Source: Lingula anatina
Lineage: Eukaryota; Animalia; Brachiopoda
DNA: 64,000 nt
Reading direction: 5' to 3'
NCBI GenBank assembly: GCA_051362555.1
Contig: CM120643.1
Span: 11,320,644-11,384,643, forward strand
Shown here: in pieces, positions 53,138-64,000 of the stretch
Position numbering within the stretch: position 1 is the first letter of the stretch
Layout of the letters: every line of letters starts with the position of its first letter
Translations under genes and position numbers: made by a program
Notes under the pieces: generated by a model
What the model was told of the DNA's origin: nothing
Databases searched by the model: none
What the model saw: only the letters and a program-made list of their open reading frames with translations

Positions 53138-56100
53138 GCTAGAATTGGGGGCCTTGATGAAGTGACCCGGGCGCGTTTCCACATTTTTTATGAATGACAG
53201 GTGTGGTAGATTGATTTTCGTCACTTTTTGGAAAAATCGGAGACGGGTCGATTTTTGGTGATTTTGAGTGATTTTGAACAGTGCCGGCACTGTGAGATTT
53301 CTTCAATTTTGGCCAGGTAGGGATGAAAATTTTTTTTCTTCATTATAGTGTCAGGTAGATGTGTTCGGTCATTTGTAGTAAGAATAAACTGCTGGAAGAG
53401 TGGTGGTGTCAACATTAAGGAAGAAATAGAGCAAAAACTCTGTCTCCCCCCCCCCCTCTCAGATTCTGTTCTCAGAGCTTATTTTTGGATCATCTTTAAA
53501 GCTAGAATTGGGGGCCTTGATGAAGTGACCCGGGCGCGTTTCCACATTTTTTATGAATGACAGGTGTGGTAGATTGATTTTCGTCACTTTTTGGAAAAAT
53601 CGGAGACGGGTCGATTTTTGGTGATTTTGAGTGATTTTCAACAGTGCCGGCACTGTGAGATTTCTTCAATTTTGGCCAGGTAGGGATGAAAATTTTTTTT
53701 CTTCATTATAGTGTCAGGTAGATGTGTTCGGTCATTTGTAGTAAGAATAAAGTGCTGGAAGAGTGGTGGTGTCAACATTAAGGAAGAAATAGAGCAAAAA
53801 TTCTGTCTCCCCCCCCCTCTCAGATTCTGTTCTCAGAGCTTATTTTTGGATCATCTTTAAAGCTAGAATTGGGGGCCTTGATGAAGTGACCCGGGCGCGT
53901 TTCCACATTTTTTATGAATGACAGGTGTGGTAGATTGATTTTCGTCACTTTTTGGAAAAATCGGAGACGGGTCGATTTTTGGTGATTTTGAGTGATTTTG
54001 AACAGTGCTGGCACTGTGAGATTTCTTCAATTTTGGCCAGGTAGGGATGAAAAGTTTTTTGCTTCATTATAGTTTCAGGTAGATGTGTTCGGTCATTTGT
54101 AGTAAGAATAAAGTGCTGGAAGAGTGGTGGTGTCAACATTAAGGAAGAAATAGAGCAAAAACTCTGTCTCCCCCCCCTCTCAGATTCTGTTCTCAGAGCT
54201 TATTTTTGGATCATCTTTAAAGCTAGAATTGGGGGCCTTGATGAAGTGACCCGGGCGCGTTTCCACATTTTTTATGAATGACAGGTGTGGTAGATAGATT
54301 TTCGTCACTTTTTGGAAAAATCGGAGACGGGTCGATTTTTGGTGATTTTGAGTGATTTTGAACAGTGCTGGCACTGTGAGATTTCTTCAATTTTGGCCAG
54401 GTAGGGATGAAAATTTTTTTGCTTCATTATAGTTTCAGGTAGATGTGTTCGGTCATTTGTAGTAAGAATAAAGTGCTGGAAGAGTGGTGGTGTCAACATT
54501 AAGGAAGAAATAGAGCAAAAACTCTGTCTCCCCCCCCCCCCTCTCAGATTCTGTTCTCAGAGCTTATTTTTGGATCATCTTTAAAGCTAGAATTGGGGGC
54601 CTTGATGAAGTGACCCGGGCGCGTTTCCACATTTTTTATGAATGACAGGTGTGGTAGATTGATTTTCGTCACTTTTTGGAAAAATCGGAGACGGGTCGAT
54701 TTTTGGTGATTTTGAGTGATTTTGAACAGTGCCGGCACTGTGAGATTTCTTCAATTTTGGCCAGGTAGGGATGAAAATTTTTTTTCTTCATTATAGTGTC
54801 AGGTAGATGTGTTCGGTCATTTGTAGTAAGAATAAAGTGCTGGAAGAGTGGTGGTGTCAACATTAAGGAAGAAATAGAGCAAAAACTCTGTTTCCCCCCC
54901 CCCCTCTCAGATTCTGTCCTCAGAGCTTATTTTTGGATCATCTTTAAAGCTAGAATTGGGGGCCTTGATGAAGTGACCCGGGCGCGTTTCCACATTTTTT
55001 ATGAATGACAGGTGTGGTAGATTGATTTTCGTCACTTTTTGGAAAAATCGGAGACGGGTCGATTTTTGGTGATTTTGAGTGATTTTGAACAGTGCCGGCA
55101 CTGTGAGATTTCTTCAATTTTGGCCAGGTAGGGACGAAAATTTTTTTTCTTCATTATAGTGTCAGGTAGATGTGTTCGGTCATTTGTAGTAAGAATAAAG
55201 TGCTGGAAGAGTGGTGGTGTCAACATTAAGGAAGAAATAGAGCAAAAACTCTGTCTCCCCACCCCCCTCTCAGATTCTGTTCTCAGAGCTTATTTTTGGA
55301 TCATCTTTAAAGCTAGAATTTGGGGCCTTGATGAAGTGACCCGGGCGCGTTTCCACATTTTTTATGAATGACAGGTGTGGTAGATTGATTTTCGTCACTT
55401 TTTGGAAAAATCGGAGACGGGTCGATTTTTGGTGATTTTGAGTGATTTTGAACAGTGCCGGCACTGTGAGATTTCTTCAATTTTGGCCAGGTAGGGATGA
55501 AAATTTTTTTTCTTCATTATAGTGTCAGGTAGATGTGTTCGGTCATTTGTAGTAAGAATAAAGTGCTGGAAGAGTGGTGGTGTCAACATTAAGGAAGAAA
55601 TAGAGCAAAAACTCTGTCTCCCCACCCCCCTCTCAGATTCTGTTCTCAGAGCTTATTTTTGGATCATCTTTAAAGCTAGAATTGGGGGCCTTGATGAAGT
55701 GACCCGGGCGCGTTTCCACATTTTTTATGAATGACAGGTGTGGTAGATTGATTTTCGTCACTTTTTGGAAAAATCGGAGACGGGTCGATTTTTGGTTATT
55801 TTGAGTGATTTTGAACAGTGCTGGCACTGTGAGATTTCTTCAATTTTGGCCAGGTAGGGATGAAAATTTTTTTGCTTCATTATAGTTTCAGGTAGATGTG
55901 TTCGGTCATTTGTAGTAAGAATAAAGTGCTGGAAGAGTGGTGGTGTCAACATTAAGGAAGAAATAGAGCAAAAACTCTGTCTCCCCCCCCCCCTCTCAGA
56001 TTCTGTTCTCAGAGCTTATTTTTGGATCATCTTTAAAGCTAGAATTGGGGGCCTTGATGAAGTGACCCGGGCGCGTTTCCACATTTTTTATGAATGACAG

Positions 56101-59100
56101 GTGTGGTAGATTGATTTTCGTCACTTTTTGGAAAAATCGGAGACGGGTCGATTTTTGGTGATTTTGAGTGATTTTGAACAGTGCCGGCACTGTGAGATTT
56201 CTTCAATTTTGGCCAGGTAGGGATGAAAATTTTTTTTCTTCATTATAGTGTCAGGTAGATGTGTTCGGTCATTTGTAGTAAGAATAAACTGCTGGAAGAG
56301 TGGTGGTGTCAACATTAAGGAAGAAATAGAGCAAAAACTCTGTCTCCCCCCCCCCCCCTCTCAGATTCTGTTCTCAGAGCTTATTTTTGGATCATCTTTA
56401 AAGCTAGAATTGGGGGCCTTGATGAAGTGACCCGGGCGCGTTTCCACATTTTTTATGAATGACAGGTGTGGTAGATTGATTTTCGTCACTTTTTGGAAAA
56501 ATCGGAGACGGGTCGATTTTTGGTGATTTTGAGTGATTTTGAAAAGTGCCGGCACTGTGAGATTTCTTCAATTTTGGCCAGGTAGGGATGAAAATTTTTT
56601 TTCTTCATTATAGTGTCAGGTAGATGTTTTCGGTCATTTGTAGTAAGAATAAAGTGCTGGAAGAGTGGTGGTGTCAACATTAAGGAAGAAATAGAGCAAA
56701 AATTCTGTCTCCCCCCCCCTCTCAGATTCTGTTCTCAGAGCTTATTTTTGGATCATCTTTAAAGCTAGAATTGGGGGCCTTGATGAAGTGACCCGGGCGC
56801 GTTTCCACATTTTTTATGAATGACAGGTGTGGTAGATTGATTTTCGTCACTTTTTGGAAAAATCGGAGACGGGTCGATTTTTGGTGATTTTGAGTGATTT
56901 TGAACAGTGCTGGCACTGTGAGATTTCTTCAATTTTGGCCAGGTAGGGATGAAAAGTTTTTTGCTTCATTATAGTTTCAGGTAGATGTGTTCGGTCATTT
57001 GTAGTAAGAATAAAGTGCTGGAAGAGTGGTGGTGTCAACATTAAGGAAGAAATAGAGCAAAAACTCTGTCTCCCCCCCCTCTCAGATTCTGTTCTCAGAG
57101 CTTATTTTTGGATCATCTTTAAAGCTAGAATTGGGGGCCTTGATGAAGTGACCCGGGCGCGTTTCCACATTTTTTATGAATGACAGGTGTGGTAGATAGA
57201 TTTTCGTCACTTTTTGGAAAAATCGGAGACGGGTCGATTTTTGGTGATTTTGAGTGATTTTGAACAGTGCTGGCACTGTGAGATTTCTTCAATTTTGGCC
57301 AGGTAGGGATGAAAATTTTTTTGCTTCATTATAGTTTCAGGTAGATGTGTTCGGTCATTTGTAGTAAGAATAAAGTGCTGGAAGAGTGGTGGTGTCAACA
57401 TTAAGGAAGAAATAGAGCAAAAACTCTGTCTCCCCCCCCCCCTCTCAGATTCTGTTCTCAGAGCTTATTTTTGGATCATCTTTAAAGCTAGAATTGGGGG
57501 CCTTGATGAAGTGACCCGGGCGCGTTTCCACATTTTTTATGAATGACAGGTGTGGTAGATTGATTTTCGTCACTTTTTGGAAAAATCGGAGACGGGTCGA
57601 TTTTTGGTGATTTTGAGTGATTTTGAACAGTGCCGGCACTGTGAGATTTCTTCAATTTTGGCCAGGTAGGGATGAAAATTTTTTTTCTTCATTATAGTGT
57701 CAGGTAGATGTGTTCGGTCATTTGTAGTAAGAATAAAGTGCTGGAAGAGTGGTGGTGTCAACATTAAGGAAGAAATAGAGCAAAAACTCTGTCTCCCCCC
57801 CCCCTCTCAGATTCTGTCCTCAGAGCTTATTTTTGGATCATCTTTAAAGCTAGAATTGGGGGCCTTGATGAAGTGACCCGGGCGCGTTTCCACATTTTTT
57901 ATGAATGACAGGTGTGGTAGATTGATTTTCGTCACTTTTTGGAAAAATCGGAGACGGGTCGATTTTTGGTGATTTTGAGTGATTTTGAACAGTGCCGGCA
58001 CTGTGAGATTTCTTCAATTTTGGCCAGGTAGGGACGAAAAATTTTTTTCTTCATTATAGTGTCAGGTAGATGTGTTCGGTCATTTGTAGTAAGAATAAAG
58101 TGCTGGAAGAGTGGTGGTGTCAACATTAAGGAAGAAATAGAGCAAAAACTCTGTCTCCCCACCCCCCTCTCAGATTCTGTTCTCAGAGCTTATTTTTGGA
58201 TCATCTTTAAAGCTAGAATTGGGGGCCTTGATGAAGTGACCCGGGCGCGTTTCCACATTTTTTATGAATGACAGGTGTGGTAGATTGATTTTCGTCACTT
58301 TTTGGAAAAATCGGAGACGGGTCGATTTTTGGTGATTTTGAGTGATTTTGAACAGTGCCGGCACTGTGAGATTTCTTCAATTTTGGCCAGGTAGGGATGA
58401 AAATTTTTTTTCTTCATTATAGTGTCAGGTAGATGTGTTCGGTCATTTGTAGTAAGAATAAAGTGCTGGAAGAGTGGTGGTGTCAACATTAAGGAAGAAA
58501 TAGAGCAAAAATTCTGTCTCCCCCCCCCTCTCAGATTCTGTTCTCAGAGCTTATTTTTGGATCATCTTTAAAGCTAGAATTGGGGGCCTTGATGAAGTGA
58601 CCCGGGCGCGTTTCCACATTTTTTATGAATGACAGGTGTGGTAGATTGATTTTCGTCACTTTTTGGAAAAATCGGAGACGGGTCGATTTTTGGTGATTTT
58701 GAGTGATTTTGAACAGTGCTGGCACTGTGAGATTTCTTCAATTTTGGCCAGGTAGGGATGAAAAGTTTTTTGCTTCATTATAGTTTCAGGTAGATGTGTT
58801 CGGTCATTTGTAGTAAGAATAAAGTGCTGGAAGAGTGGTGGTGTCAACATTAAGGAAGAAATAGAGCAAAAACTCTGTCTCCCCCCCCCTCTCAGATTCT
58901 GTTCTCAGAGCTTATTTTTGGATCATCTTTAAAGCTAGAATTGGGGGCCTTGATGAAGTGACCCGGGCGCGTTTCCACATTTTTTATGAATGACAGGTGT
59001 GGTAGATAGATTTTCGTCACTTTTTGGAAAAATCGGAGACGGGTCGATTTTTGGTGATTTTGAGTGATTTTGAACAGTGCTGGCACTGTGAGATTTCTTC

Positions 59101-60747
59101 AATTTTGGCCAGGTAGGGATGAAAATTTTTTTGCTTCATTATAGTTTCAGGTAGATGTGTTCGGTCATTTGTAGTAAGAATAAAGTGCTGGAAGAGTGGT
59201 GGTGTCAACATTAAGGAAGAAATAGAGCAAAAACTCTGTCTCCCCCCCCCCCTCTCAGATTCTGTTCTCAGAGCTTATTTTTGGATCATCTTTAAAGCTA
59301 GAATTGGGGGCCTTGATGAAGTGACCCGGGCGCGTTTCCACATTTTTTATGAATGACAGGTGTGGTAGATTGATTTTCGTCACTTTTTGGAAAAATCGGA
59401 GACGGGTCGATTTTTGGTGATTTTGAGTGATTTTGAACAGTGCCGGCACTGTGAGATTTCTTCAATTTTGGCCAGGTAGGGATGAAAATTTTTTTTCTTC
59501 ATTATAGTGTCAGGTAGATGTGTTCGGTCATTTGTAGTAAGAATAAAGTGCTGGAAGAGTGGTGGTGTCAACATTAAGGAAGAAATAGAGCAAAAACTCT
59601 GTCTCCCCCCCCCCTCTCAGATTCTGTCCTCAGAGCTTATTTTTGGATCATCTTTAAAGCTAGAATTGGGGGCCTTGATGAAGTGACCCGGGCGCGTTTC
59701 CACATTTTTTATGAATGACAGGTGTGGTAGATTGATTTTCGTCACTTTTTGGAAAAATCGGAGACGGGTCGATTTTTGGTGATTTTGAGTGATTTTGAAC
59801 AGTGCCGGCACTGTGAGATTTCTTCAATTTTGGCCAGGTAGGGACGAAAATTTTTTTTCTTCATTATAGTGTCAGGTAGATGTGTTCGGTCATTTGTAGT
59901 AAGAATAAAGTGCTGGAAGAGTGGTGGTGTCAACATTAAGGAAGAAATAGAGCAAAAACTCTGTCTCCCCACCCCCCTCTCAGATTCTGTTCTCAGAGCT
60001 TATTTTTGGATCATCTTTAAAGCTAGAATTGGGGGCCTTGATGAAGTGACCCGGGCGCGTTTCCACATTTTTTATGAATGACAGGTGTGGTAGATTGATT
60101 TTCGTCACTTTTTGGAAAAATCGGAGACGGGTCGATTTTTGGTGATTTTGAGTGATTTTGAACAGTGCCGGCACTGTGAGATTTCTTCAATTTTGGCCAG
60201 GTAGGGATGAAAATTTTTTTTCTTCATTATAGTGTCAGGTAGATGTGTTCGGTCATTTGTAGTAAGAATAAAGTGCTGGAAGAGTGGTGGTGTCAACATT
60301 AAGGAAGAAATAGAGCAAAAACTCTGTCTCCCCACCCCCCTCTCAGATTCTGTTCTCAGAGCTTATTTTTGGATCATCTTTAAAGCTAGAATTGGGGGCC
60401 TTGATGAAGTGACCCGGGCGCGTTTCCACATTTTTTATGAATGACAGGTGTGGTAGATTGATTTTCGTCACTTTTTGGAAAAATCGGAGACGGGTCGATT
60501 TTTGGTTATTTTGAGTGATTTTGAACAGTGCTGGCACTGTGAGATTTCTTCAATTTTGGCCAGGTAGGGATGAAAATTTTTTTGCTTCATTATAGTTTCA
60601 GGTAGATGTGTTCGGTCATTTGTAGTAAGAATAAAGTGCTGGAAGAGTGGTGGTGTCAACATTAAGGAAGAAATAGAGCAAAAACTCTGTCTCCCCCCCC
60701 CCCTCTCAGATTCTGTTCTCAGAGCTTATTTTTGGATCATCTTTAAA
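53138..60747. repeat. 8-monomer duplication (2900 bp) plus nested 5-monomer duplication (~1809 bp)
   Basis: The AAAAGTTTT, TAGATAGA, TGTCCTCAG and GGGACG+CCCCACCC alleles recur in order from 53862, 56764 and 58573. The AAACTG allele is in the units at 53138 and 56038. Confidence 0.88.
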
Positions 60748-61838
60748 GCTAGAATTGGGGGCCTTGATGAAGTGACCCGGGCGCGTTTCCACATTTTTTA
60801 TGAATGACAGGTGTGGTAGATTGATTTTCGTCACTTTTTGGAAAAATCGGAGACGGGTCGATTTTTGGTGATTTTGAGTGATTTTGAACAGTGCCGGCAC
60901 TGTGAGATTTCTTCAATTTTGGCCAGGTAGGGATGAAAATTTTTTTTCTTCATTATAGTGTCAGGTAGATGTGTTCGTTCATTTGTAGTAAGAATAAAGT
61001 GCTGGAAGAGTGGTGGTGTCAACATTAAGGAAGAAATAGAGCAAAAACTCTGTCTCCCCCCCCCCCTCTCAGATTCTGTTCTCAGAGCTTATTTTTGGAT
61101 CATCTTTAAAGCTAGAATTGGGGGCCTTGATGAAGTGACCCGGGCGCGTTTCCACATTTTTTATGAATGACAGGTGTGGTAGATTGATTTTCGTCACTTT
61201 TTGGAAAAATCGGAGACGGGTCGATTTTTGGTGATTTTGAGTGATTTTGAACAGTGCCGGCACTGTGAGATTTCTTCAATTTTGGCCAGGTAGGGACGAA
61301 AATTTTTTTTCTTCATTATAGTGTCAGGTAGATGTGTTCGGTCATTTGTAGTAAGAATAAAGTGCTGGAAGAGTGGTGGTGTCAACATTAAGGAAGAAAT
61401 AGAGCAAAAACTCTGTCTCCCCCCCCCCCCCCTCTCAGATTCTGTTCTCAGAGCTTATTTTTGGATCATCTTTAAAGCTAGAATTGGGGGCCTTGATGAA
61501 GTGACCCGGGCGCGTTTCCACATTTTTTATGAATGACAGGTGTGGTAGATTGATTTTCGTCACTTTTTGGAAAAATCGGAGACGGGTCGATTTTTGGTGA
61601 TTTTGAGTGATTTTGAACAGTGCCGGCACTGTGAGATTTCTTCAATTTTGGCCAGGTAGGGATGAAAATTTTTTTTCTTCATTATAGTGTCAGGTAGATG
61701 TGTTCGGTCATTTGTAGTAAGAATAAAGTGCTGGAAGAGTGGTGGTGTCAACATTAAGGAAGAAATAGAGCAAAAACTCTGTCTCCCCCCCCCCTCTCAG
61801 ATTCTGTTCTCAGAGCTTATTTTTGGATCATCTTTAAA

Positions 61839-63281
61839 GCTAGAATTGGGGGCCTTGATGAAGTGACCCGGGCGCGTTTCCCCATTTTTTATGAATGACA
61901 GGTGTGGTAGATTGATTTTCGTCACTTTTTGGAAAAATCGGAGACGGGTCGATTTTTGGTTATTTTGAGTGATTTTGAACAGTGCTGGCACTGTGAGATT
62001 TCTTCAATTTTGGCCAGGTAGGGATGAAAATTTTTTTGCTTCATTATAGTTTCAGGTAGATGTGTTCGGTCATTTGTAGTAAGAATAAAGTGCTGGAAGA
62101 GTGGTGGTGTCAACATTAAGGAAGAAATAGAGCAAAAACTCTGTCTCCCCCCCCCTCTCAGATTCTGTTCTCAGAGCTCATTTTTGGATCATCTTTAAAG
62201 CTAGAATTGGGGGCCTTGATGAAGTGACCCGGGCGCGTTTCCACATTTTTTATGAATGACAGGTGTGGTAGATTGATTTTCGTCACTTTTTGGAAAAATC
62301 GGAGACGGGCGATTTTTGGTGATTTTGAGTGATTTTGAACAGTGCCGGCACTGTGAGATTTCTTCAATTTTGGCCAGGTAAGGATGAAAATTTTTTTTCT
62401 TCATTATAGTGTCAGGTAGATGTGTTCGGTCATTTGTAGTAAGAATAAAGTGCTGGAAGAGTGGTGGTGTCAACATTAAGGAAGAAATAGAGCAAAAACT
62501 CTGTCTCCCCCCCCCCTCTCAGATTCTGTTCTCAGAGCTTATTTTTGGATCATCTTTAAAGCTAGAATTGGGGGCCTTGATGAAGTGACCCAGGCGCGTT
62601 TCCACATTTTTTATGAATGACAGGTGTGGTAGATTGATTTTCGTCACTTTTTGGAAAAATCGGAGACGGGTCGATTTTTGGTGATTTTGAGTGATTTTGA
62701 ACAGTGCTGGCACTGTGAGATTTCTTCAATTTTGGCCAGGTAGGGATGAAAATTTTTTTGCTTCATTATAGTTTCAGGTAGATGTGTTCGGTCATTTGTA
62801 GTAAGAATAAAGTGCTGGAAGAGTGGTGGTGTCAACATTAAGGAAGAAATAGAGCAAAAACTCTGTCTCCCCCCCCCTCTCAGATTCTGTTCTCAGAGCT
62901 CATTTTTGGATCATCTTTAAAGCTAGAATTGGGGGCCTTGATGAAGTGACCCAGGCGCGTTTCCACATTTTTTATGAATGACAGGTGTGGTAGATTGATT
63001 TTCGTCACTTTTTGGAAAAATCGGAGACGGGTCGATTTTTGGTGATTTTGAGTGATTTTGAACAGTGCCGGCACTGTGAGATTTCTTCAATTTTGGCCAG
63101 GTAAGGATGAAAATTTTTTTTCTTCATTATAGTGTCAGGTAGATGTGTTCGGTCATTTGTAGTAAGAATAAAGTGCTGGAAGAGTGGTGGTGTCAACATT
63201 AAGGAAGAAATAGAGCAAAAACTCTGTCTCCCCCCCCTCTCAGATTCTGTTCTCAGAGCTTATTTTTGGATCATCTTTAAA
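61839..63281. repeat. Tandem 2-monomer duplication (~722 bp)
   Basis: A GCTGG/TTTGCTTC/GTTTCAGG unit ending in GAGCTCATTT is followed by a GGTAAGGATG unit, twice. Confidence 0.8.
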
Positions 63282-63610
63282 GCTAGAATTGGGGGCCTTG
63301 ATGAAGTGACCCGGGCGCGTTTCCACATTTTTTATGAATGACACGTGTGGTAGATTGATTTTCGTCACTTTTTGGAAAAATCGGAGACGGGTCGATTTTT
63401 GATGATTTTGAGTGATTTTGAACAGTGCCGGCACTGTGAGATTTCTTCAATTTTGGCCAGGTAGGGATGAAAATTTTTTTTCTTCATTATAGTGTCAGGT
63501 AGATGTGTTCGGTCATTTGTAGTAAGAATAAAGTGCTGGAAGAGTGGTGGTGTCAACATTAAGGAAGAAATAGAGCAAAAACTCTGTCTCCCCCCCCCCC
63601 CCCCTCTCAG

Positions 63611-63630
63611 ATTCTGTCCGCGTTTCCACA
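63611..63630. other. Junction of a 64-bp deletion within the satellite
   Basis: ATTCTGTC is joined directly to CGCGTTTCC. Unit spacing is 303 bp instead of 367 (352 + C15). Confidence 0.93.
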
Positions 63631-64000
63631 TTTTTTATGAATGACAGGTGTGGTAGATTGATTTTCGTCACTTTTTGGAAAAATCGGAGACGGGTCGATT
63701 TTTGGTGATTTTGAGTGATTTTGAACAGTGCCGGCACTGTGAGATTTCTTCAATTTTGGCCAGGTAGGGATGAAAATTTTTTTTCTTCATTATAGTGTCA
63801 GGTAGATGTGTTCGGTCATTTGTAGTAAGAATAAAGTGCTGGAAGAGTGGTGGTGTCAACATTAAGGAAGAAATAGAGCAAAAACTCTGTCTCCCCCCCC
63901 CCCCTCTCAGATTCTGTTCTCAGAGCTTATTTTTGGATCATCTTTAAAGCTAGAATTGGGGGCCTTGATGAAGTGACCCGGGCGCGTTTCCACATTTTTT

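Larger units (their letters stand above)
1..64000. repeat. Tandem satellite DNA array, ~363 bp monomer (352 bp + C8-C18 tract), ~176 head-to-tail copies, running off both window edges
   Basis: GCTAGAATTGGGGGCCTTGATGAAGTGACC... recurs at 1, 364, 728, 1094 and onward to the window end. The same ORF translations recur every ~360-370 bp. No inversion or foreign sequence was seen. Confidence 0.99.

Noticed and set aside
84-63862. Repeated 60-134 aa ORFs (MLTPPLFQ..., MPALFKIT..., MSGRCVRS...) as a tandem gene family
   Set aside because: The starts are mostly TTG/GTG, the ORFs overlap on both strands, and they are freely frameshifted by C- and T-tract changes and hit by stops. No recognisable domain is present; the lone CxxC is not enough. 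They are by-products of the repeat.
1-64000. CRISPR array or other repeat-spacer system
   Set aside because: There are no unique spacers, the whole 363-bp unit is repeated, and no cas or other genes are present.

Overview
The whole 64 kb window is one uninterrupted head-to-tail tandem array of about 176 copies of a ~363 bp monomer (352 bp plus a variable C8-C18 tract, ~42% GC by hand count of copy 1). All copies share one orientation and differ from consensus by only a few bases. This is typical eukaryotic satellite DNA (centromeric, pericentromeric, subtelomeric or knob-like); I cannot identify the species or family. The hundreds of 60-130 aa ORFs are translations of the repeat and are not called as genes. 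I see no transposon, RNA gene, CRISPR array or unique sequence, and no evidence of a new protein-coding system. Three things stand out. First, each monomer carries a perfect 16-bp palindrome, other short dyads, ~10-bp phased GATTTT repeats and a poly-C/poly-G tract. Second, shared SNPs reveal local duplications of 2, 3, 5, 6/8, 7, 8 and 14/17 monomers, with visible chimeric breakpoint monomers. Third, there is a variant gradient along the array, rare alleles shared only by the two ends, CpG-focused mutation, and one 64-bp deletion. All variant calls were made by eye with help from the ORF track.
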